Shown piece by piece: positions 54,840 to 58,848 of a stretch of 58,848 nucleotides of DNA. Where the stretch lies: NCBI GenBank assembly GCA_044226625.1, contig JBGAGQ010000038.1:1-58848 (forward strand), in the 5' to 3' direction. Position numbers and translations under genes: made by a program. Numbering within the stretch: the first letter of the stretch is position 1; every line of letters starts with the position of its first letter. This stretch comes from Thermoanaerobaculia bacterium. GTDB taxonomy: Bacteria; Acidobacteriota; Thermoanaerobaculia; Multivoradales; UBA5704. The notes below the pieces were generated by a model. That model worked only from the letters and a program-made list of their open reading frames with translations. It had not been told where the DNA came from and ran no database searches.

Positions 54840-54858
54840 CTATGTCAAAATGGCATAG
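54840..54858. promoter_or_regulatory. Imperfect palindrome, candidate operator
   Basis: CTATGTCA-AAA-TGGCATAG (7 of 8 complementary) between the HTH promoter and its start codon. Confidence 0.5.
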
Positions 54859-54877
54859 CGGCGTCGGTTTGGATTCA

Positions 54878-54906
54878 AGAATACCGGTGAAGGCGGCGCC
54901 CGTCAA
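54878..54906 (-). promoter_or_regulatory. Sigma70 promoter for HTH-TPR-secreted protein
   Basis: Minus strand TTGACG-N17-TATTCT. Confidence 0.7.
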
Positions 54907-54925
54907 ATCCGTACGGTTGGGTAAC

Positions 54926-54949
54926 GCCGTGCCCGACCTCGGGCACGGC
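54926..54949 (-). terminator. Strong hairpin just after the peptide stop (terminator or stabiliser; no U-tract)
   Basis: Perfect 10-bp stem GCCGTGCCCG-ACCT-CGGGCACGGC. Confidence 0.5.
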
Positions 54950-54957
54950 TCTGTGGC

Positions 54958-55116
54958 CTAACCGAAGTCGATGATTTCGGCCCGGATATCGGAATCCTGG
55001 TCCGAGGGATCCGGTGCGCCGATATCGATGATCTGAGACCGGATCGATCCGACGACAGCTTCCAATCGTGCCGCCGGTTCAGGCTGCTTGCTATCGGGCG
55101 AGGTGGTTTTCTTCAT
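54958..55116 (-). CDS. Unannotated 52-aa peptide MKKTTSPDSKQPEPAARLEAVVGSIRSQIIDIGAPDPSDQDSDIRAEIIDFG
   Basis: AGAGGAG RBS 7 nt before ATG 55116; TAG at 54958; two motif copies matching the repeats in the secreted protein three genes downstream. Confidence 0.8.
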   Translation of the reverse strand: MKKTTSPDSKQPEPAARLEAVVGSIRSQIIDIGAPDPSDQDSDIRAEIIDFG

Positions 55117-55196
55117 GGACCTGCTCCTCTTTTGGGTCCGCCCGAGGACGATTCCTCGGCGGGTGGCCCGCCCTCAGTGAATCGGCGGGATCTCTA

Positions 55197-55221
55197 ATTT
55201 TAGACAGTCGACGGTCGACTG
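55197..55221 (-). promoter_or_regulatory. Candidate peptide-gene promoter: -10 TAAAAT with a perfect palindrome over the spacer/-35 region
   Basis: TAAAAT at 55197-55202 (minus strand); CAGTCGAC-G-GTCGACTG at 55205-55221; no recognisable -35. Confidence 0.4.
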
Positions 55222-55408
55222 GGCGTTTCGAGGGACGAGTCGCGCGAAGGCCCCTACGAATCGCCTTTTCCGGAGGCCGTCATACGAGGCGATGCCGAAT
55301 TGGGACGGACCGAATAGACTCCGCCGCCGTGACCCACGTTCCCCACCCTTTGGACACGCTTCGCGGAAATGCGTTGACTCGACCGGCACGCTCGGAAAAG
55401 GCGGCGCC

Positions 55409-56098
55409 GTGAGCAGCCATCTCTTCCTCCTCAAGGAGCTCGTTCGGAGGGACGTCAAAGGTCGTTATGCGGGATCGCTCTTCGGCCTGGTGTGGTCGTT
55501 CGCGCAACCGCTTTGGATGCTCGCGCTGTTTGGATTCGTCTTTTCCTCGATCATGAAGGTCCCGGCGGTCGGAGTACGGACCGGCAATTTCGCGATCTTC
55601 CTATTCAAGCTGCGCTTCCCGTCCGAGATCCTGGGGATCGCCGTCGTGCTCGCAGCCCTGGTGCACGAAGGGATCGCGCTCCTGGCCTTCTTCGCCGCGG
55701 TCGCCTGGACCGGCGAGTTGTCCTGGCGCGGTCTGCCGCTCCTCTTGATCGCGATTCCGCTCCAGGTGGGGTTGACGCTCGGGGTCGGCTGGCTGCTCGC
55801 CGCGGTGCACGTCTTCTTCCGGGATGTGGCCCAGATCCTAGGCATGGGGCTCACCGCCTGGTTCTACCTGACCCCCATCGTCTATCCGGCGTCGTTCGTG
55901 CCAGAACGGCTTCGTCCCTGGATCGAGCTCAACCCGTTGACGGGGCTGGTCGGTCTCTATCGCGCCGCGTTGCTCGCCGATTCGCCGCGTCCTTCGGGTA
56001 TGGCTCTCGGCGCTCTCTGTGTCGCGGCGTTTGGATTTTTCGCTCTCGGGGGCTGGCTCTTCCGCCGCCTCAAAGGGAGCTTCGTCGACGAGATCTAG
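55409..56098 (+). CDS. wzm: ABC-2 polysaccharide export permease (Wzm-like) with an apparent in-frame internal deletion
   Basis: ELVRRDVKGRYAGS.FG.VWSF.QPL, FRDV.Q, WFYLTPIVYP, LNP, F.DEI; FAIFLF runs directly into KLRFPSE. Confidence 0.75.
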   Translation: MSSHLFLLKELVRRDVKGRYAGSLFGLVWSFAQPLWMLALFGFVFSSIMKVPAVGVRTGNFAIFLFKLRFPSEILGIAVVLAALVHEGIALLAFFAAVAWTGELSWRGLPLLLIAIPLQVGLTLGVGWLLAAVHVFFRDVAQILGMGLTAWFYLTPIVYPASFVPERLRPWIELNPLTGLVGLYRAALLADSPRPSGMALGALCVAAFGFFALGGWLFRRLKGSFVDEI

Positions 56099-56187
56099 AA
56101 TGGCGGTCGAATTCGGGCCTGAATCTTGCTGAACAGCGCCCGCGAGACGAACGACCGCTTCCCCTCAAGAACTTCCGGAGGAAACCG

Positions 56188-57924
56188 ATGTCCACGCCCA
56201 TCTTCCGCTCCTTCCTCGCCGTGGCCTCGGCGGCTTTGTTGAGCAGCCAGCTCCTGCATGCGCAGCCGCCGGCCGCGCCGGCCGCCGGCAAACCGGCGAC
56301 CACCGAGAAGGACGCCAACATCGCCGAAACCGCAAATCCGGCGCATCCGGCGGATGCGGCCTCCGATCTCGAGCCCGTCAGCACCGATGCGGCGCAGACC
56401 GGGCCCCAGCCTCCGGACGGCGTTTGGCTCAAGGACGAAGAAGGACGCGAGTATTTCCTCGACAAGCTCGCGAAGTCGGCGGGCCCATATAAGAAGAACG
56501 ACGCGGACCACACCGTTCGGACGGTTTGGGGCATCGTGCTCAAGGTCGAGAAGGAAGACGATCAGAACTTCTTTTACCGGGTCTATCGCCAGACCGCCGC
56601 GGATTCCCCGATGTCGGTGCGTCCAGAGCCGCCGAGCCCCGAAGTCCTCGAAGCCGCGGCGAAGAGCTACTCGAAGGTGGAGCAGACCGCGCGGACGAAA
56701 GCGACCTCGTTCGCCAAAGGCCTACCCACCGCCGGCCAGTGGCGCCATGGGTTCGCGATCGCGGATGTGAACGAAGACGGGTTCCTCGACGTCGTCCATT
56801 CCTCGGCCCGCAAAGCCTTGTCGCCGCCTCAGATCTTCCTTGGGGACGGCAAGGGGAACTGGCGCTACTGGTCCGAGGCGAAATACCCCTCGCTTCCTTA
56901 CGACTACGGCAACATCGCGGTCGGCGACTTGAACGGCGACAAGCACCTGGATCTGGTCTTGGGCGTCCATCTCCACGGTCTGATCGCCATGGTGGGCGAC
57001 GGCAAGGGGAATTTCAAGGAGTACGATAAAGGACTCGATTTCGTGGTGCCCAAGGACGGGGTGGCCCCGGGGTACTCGACCCGCGCCGTGGCGGTTTCGG
57101 ATTGGAACGGGGACAAGCGTCCCGACATCATCGCCCTGGGTGAAGGTCCGCGACTGGCGGTCGACCGGGCGAGCACGAATCTCGGCGACTCCAATGGCAT
57201 CGTTATCTATCTCAACCAGGGGAACGGCTCGTGGGTCCGGAAGGACCAAGGGACCGCGGGCGATCAGCTGTTCGGTGATGCGATCGTCCTCGGCGACCTC
57301 AACAAGGACGGGCGGAAGGACATCCTCACGCCGTCGAACTCGTTCAACCGCAAGGACATCGTGAGCTTCGCGAAGAAGGACGGCTCGTGGCAGGGGATCA
57401 ACATTCCCTCGATCCGCCCGGCCGCCTACATCCGAGGGGTAGCGATCGCAGACTGGAACGGCGACGGCCGCAACGATTTCGCGACCGGCTTCGTCAACCG
57501 GGAGTTCGGGGTTTGGCGCACGGGCGTCGACGCCCAGATCGCCCAGGCGGACGGCACCTGGAAGCGGGTTCCGATCTGGTTCGTCGAAGGGCGCGCCGCG
57601 GTGACCGCGCTCGCGGCGGGCGATCTCAACGGCGACAAGAAGATGGATCTGGTCGCTCTCACCGGAGACGGCGACACCTGGGTCTTCCTGGGCGACGGCA
57701 AGGGCGGCTTCGTCAAGGACGATGCCGGAATCCCGAAACTGACCGACTGCAAGGGGTACCACGCCGAGCTGGTCGACCTGGACAAGGACGGCCGGTCCGA
57801 GTTGGTGAGCGGTTTTGCCGGAGAGGGATCACCCCTCCTGGCACCGGGTCGTTGTCCTTCCGGGGGGGCGATCCAGGCCTGGCATTTCGCGGAGGGCTCG
57901 CCGGCCACCGGCACGAATCCCTAG
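56188..57924 (+). CDS. Secreted FG-GAP/VCBS-repeat protein
   Basis: GGAGG RBS; signal peptide; about seven D(V/L/W)N.DG..D repeats; GG-N10-GC motif at 56116-56129 upstream. Confidence 0.88.
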   Translation: MSTPIFRSFLAVASAALLSSQLLHAQPPAAPAAGKPATTEKDANIAETANPAHPADAASDLEPVSTDAAQTGPQPPDGVWLKDEEGREYFLDKLAKSAGPYKKNDADHTVRTVWGIVLKVEKEDDQNFFYRVYRQTAADSPMSVRPEPPSPEVLEAAAKSYSKVEQTARTKATSFAKGLPTAGQWRHGFAIADVNEDGFLDVVHSSARKALSPPQIFLGDGKGNWRYWSEAKYPSLPYDYGNIAVGDLNGDKHLDLVLGVHLHGLIAMVGDGKGNFKEYDKGLDFVVPKDGVAPGYSTRAVAVSDWNGDKRPDIIALGEGPRLAVDRASTNLGDSNGIVIYLNQGNGSWVRKDQGTAGDQLFGDAIVLGDLNKDGRKDILTPSNSFNRKDIVSFAKKDGSWQGINIPSIRPAAYIRGVAIADWNGDGRNDFATGFVNREFGVWRTGVDAQIAQADGTWKRVPIWFVEGRAAVTALAAGDLNGDKKMDLVALTGDGDTWVFLGDGKGGFVKDDAGIPKLTDCKGYHAELVDLDKDGRSELVSGFAGEGSPLLAPGRCPSGGAIQAWHFAEGSPATGTNP

Positions 57925-57928
57925 GCAC

Positions 57929-57958
57929 TTGACACCCGACGAAGCCGAACTCTATAGT
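57929..57958 (+). promoter_or_regulatory. Strong sigma70 promoter
   Basis: TTGACA-N18-TATAGT. Confidence 0.8.
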
Positions 57959-58210
57959 GCGGCAGCATAAACGCCCATGGCGTCCCCCTCGAACCGTAAA
58001 GAAACGGGTACGCGGGGTGGCGTCTGGTACGAACTGATCCAAGCATCGACACAACCGTTCGGGCCGTTTCGGCTCGAATGTCTGACAGGCATTTGAATCG
58101 CCAAACTTTGAACGGGAGGTGATGTTCCCAGGTTGGCACCGCCACCATGCAGTACCCATCGGATGGAACATCGCAGTTTTTCTCAACCACGTGCTAGGAG
58201 ATTGTCAACA

Positions 58211-58848
58211 ATGAAGAAGACGGTTAGCTGTCTCGCTCTTTTGGGCCTGTTGGCCCTGAGCGGCCAGGCCGTTGCGACGATCTGCACCATCGATGACGTG
58301 CCGGCGGCGACCCTGCTGCTGCCGTACTTCGAGGTGGATCTCGACAACCCGAACGGGATCAACACCCTGTTCTCCATCAACAATGCCTCGGCGACGGCGG
58401 TTCTTGCCCACGTCGTCCTCTGGTCGGACCTGTCGGTCCCGACCTTCGACTTCAACATCTATCTGACGGGCTATGACGTTCAGACCGTCAGCATCCGCGA
58501 CATCTTCAACGGCACGGTGCCGCGCACCGCGTCGGCGGGTCAGGACCCGGGTGACACCATCAGCCACAAGGGTGCCTTCTCGCAGGACATCAACTTCGCG
58601 AGCTGCACCGGCCAGCTGCCGCCGCCCGCGGTTCCGGCTTCGTTCGTGACCCACCTGCGTGCGTCGCACACGGGCCAGTTCTCGGCCATCCTCAACGGCT
58701 GCGCCGGTCGCGCCTTCGGCGACAACATCGCCCGTGGCTACATCACGGTCGACACGGTCAACAACTGCACCCTGCGCTTCCCGGGTGACGTCGGCTACTT
58801 CCTGTCCGGCGGCACCGGCGACGCGACGAACCAGAACGTGCTGTGGGG
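58211..58848 (+). CDS. Secreted, probable surface/S-layer-like protein (3'-truncated by the window; not in the ORF track)
   Basis: AGGAG RBS; signal peptide MKKTVSCLALLGLLALSGQAVA then TICTIDDVPAATLLLPYFEVDL...IYLTGYDVQ...GYITVDTV; open to the window end; strongly C/G-ending codons. Confidence 0.8.
   Translation, partial: MKKTVSCLALLGLLALSGQAVATICTIDDVPAATLLLPYFEVDLDNPNGINTLFSINNASATAVLAHVVLWSDLSVPTFDFNIYLTGYDVQTVSIRDIFNGTVPRTASAGQDPGDTISHKGAFSQDINFASCTGQLPPPAVPASFVTHLRASHTGQFSAILNGCAGRAFGDNIARGYITVDTVNNCTLRFPGDVGYFLSGGTGDATNQNVLW

Noticed and set aside
52487-55041. DGR template/variable repeat or recent DNA duplication explaining the shared motif
   Set aside because: No reverse transcriptase; the similarity is at amino-acid level with synonymous differences, not adenine-specific.
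54958-55116. RiPP precursor
   Set aside because: No modifying enzyme, RRE protein, peptidase or peptide exporter adjacent; cannot be fully excluded in trans.
55492-56187. N-terminal extension of the FG-GAP ORF to 810 aa
   Set aside because: It overlaps the permease; an RBS and signal peptide mark the real start at 56188.
57921-58728. Minus-strand ORFs at the right end
   Set aside because: Antisense to the promoter, leader and + strand secreted-protein gene starting at 58211.

Overview
GC-rich bacterial chromosomal window. The gene content (ADOP-type duplicated MacB permease, FG-GAP proteins, and a CTIDDVPAATLLLPYFEV-type surface protein) suggests Acidobacteriota, probably Thermoanaerobaculia; this is an inference. 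Left to right: two membrane proteins; a metallophosphoesterase + CHAT-STAND(NB-ARC) pair; a general-stress island of about 17.5 kb (LigD Pol domain, sorbosone-dehydrogenase-like, DUF6328, DUF892 ferritin-like, small hydrophilic proteins, DUF2231, DUF4142, broken CheB/CheR-PAS, SDR and Zn-ADH remnants, TonB receptor, GT-GH1-glf, KatE) carrying several sigma54-type motifs; tRNA-Gly(TCC); ADOP permease; YqhA; a matrixin/FG-GAP secreted cluster; DinB; a 1700-aa Ig/ASH-domain protein; two bPH proteins; a 21/42-bp tandem array; an 11-subunit nuo operon lacking nuoEFG; ECF sigma/zinc anti-sigma/Cys-less TlpA; M23 peptidase; GHMP kinase; Wzm-like permease; FG-GAP protein; and the start of a probable S-layer-like gene. 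The most interesting observation is at 52.1-55.2 kb on the minus strand. An unannotated 52-aa peptide carries two R-[SA]-[QE]-I-I-D-[IF]-G motifs. It is followed by an XRE-HTH regulator, a TPR protein and a Sec-secreted protein with three RAQIIEIG copies at 23-aa spacing. This is a candidate peptide-signalling (RRNPP-like, split receptor) system. Several small deletions and indels in normally conserved genes suggest assembly or sequencing defects.
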